Positions 37,123 to 37,147 of a DNA stretch of 37,147 bases are shown here, piece by piece; position 1 is the first letter of the stretch; every line of letters starts with the position of its first letter. Made by a program: the position numbers and the translations under genes. The stretch comes from an uncultured bacterium (lineage in GTDB: Bacteria > Hinthialibacterota > Hinthialibacteria > Hinthialibacterales > Hinthialibacteraceae): contig CAYVAZ010000009.1 of assembly GCA_964449065.1 (NCBI GenBank), forward strand, positions 1 through 37,147. The letters run 5' to 3'. The notes under the pieces are model-generated. The model searched no databases. It saw nothing but the letters and a program-made list of their open reading frames with translations, and had not been told where the DNA came from.

Positions 37123-37147
37123 GAGATTGGATAGAGAGATTGGATAG
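37123..37147 (+). repeat. Short tandem repeat GAGATTGGATAG x2, running to the window edge
   Basis: Exact 12-mer at 37123-37134 and 37136-37147. Confidence 0.6.

Overview
Bacterial chromosomal window; the pilin style and C-terminal W-x-[LI]-[YH] tails suggest an uncultured lineage such as Ca. Hinthialibacterota/OLB16, which is inference only. In order: a chimeric IS481/IS3 relic between REP-like repeats; secreted enzymes (GH-A clan hydrolase, TPR-PhoD, beta-helix protein) around a PIN toxin-antitoxin pair; an AT-rich, translationally coupled three-gene operon (winged-helix protein, AAA-like P-loop ATPase, PD-(D/E)xK nuclease fused to an FtsK motor), which is the best candidate for an undescribed DNA-targeting or defence system; an orphan pilin, an RsbT-coiled-coil-PAS protein and a lipoprotein; a flagellar operon (fliL-M-Y-SPOA-O-P-Q-R-flhB-A-F-G) with several unusual features and no fliA; TA debris, a Zn-dehydrogenase, pyrF, an O-antigen ligase, an RpoD/RpoS-type sigma factor and apt; and two tandem secreted paralogues. 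Intergenic regions repeatedly hold CTAG-bounded, MITE-like cassettes, each wrapping a different REP hairpin and sometimes stacked on a shared CTAG.
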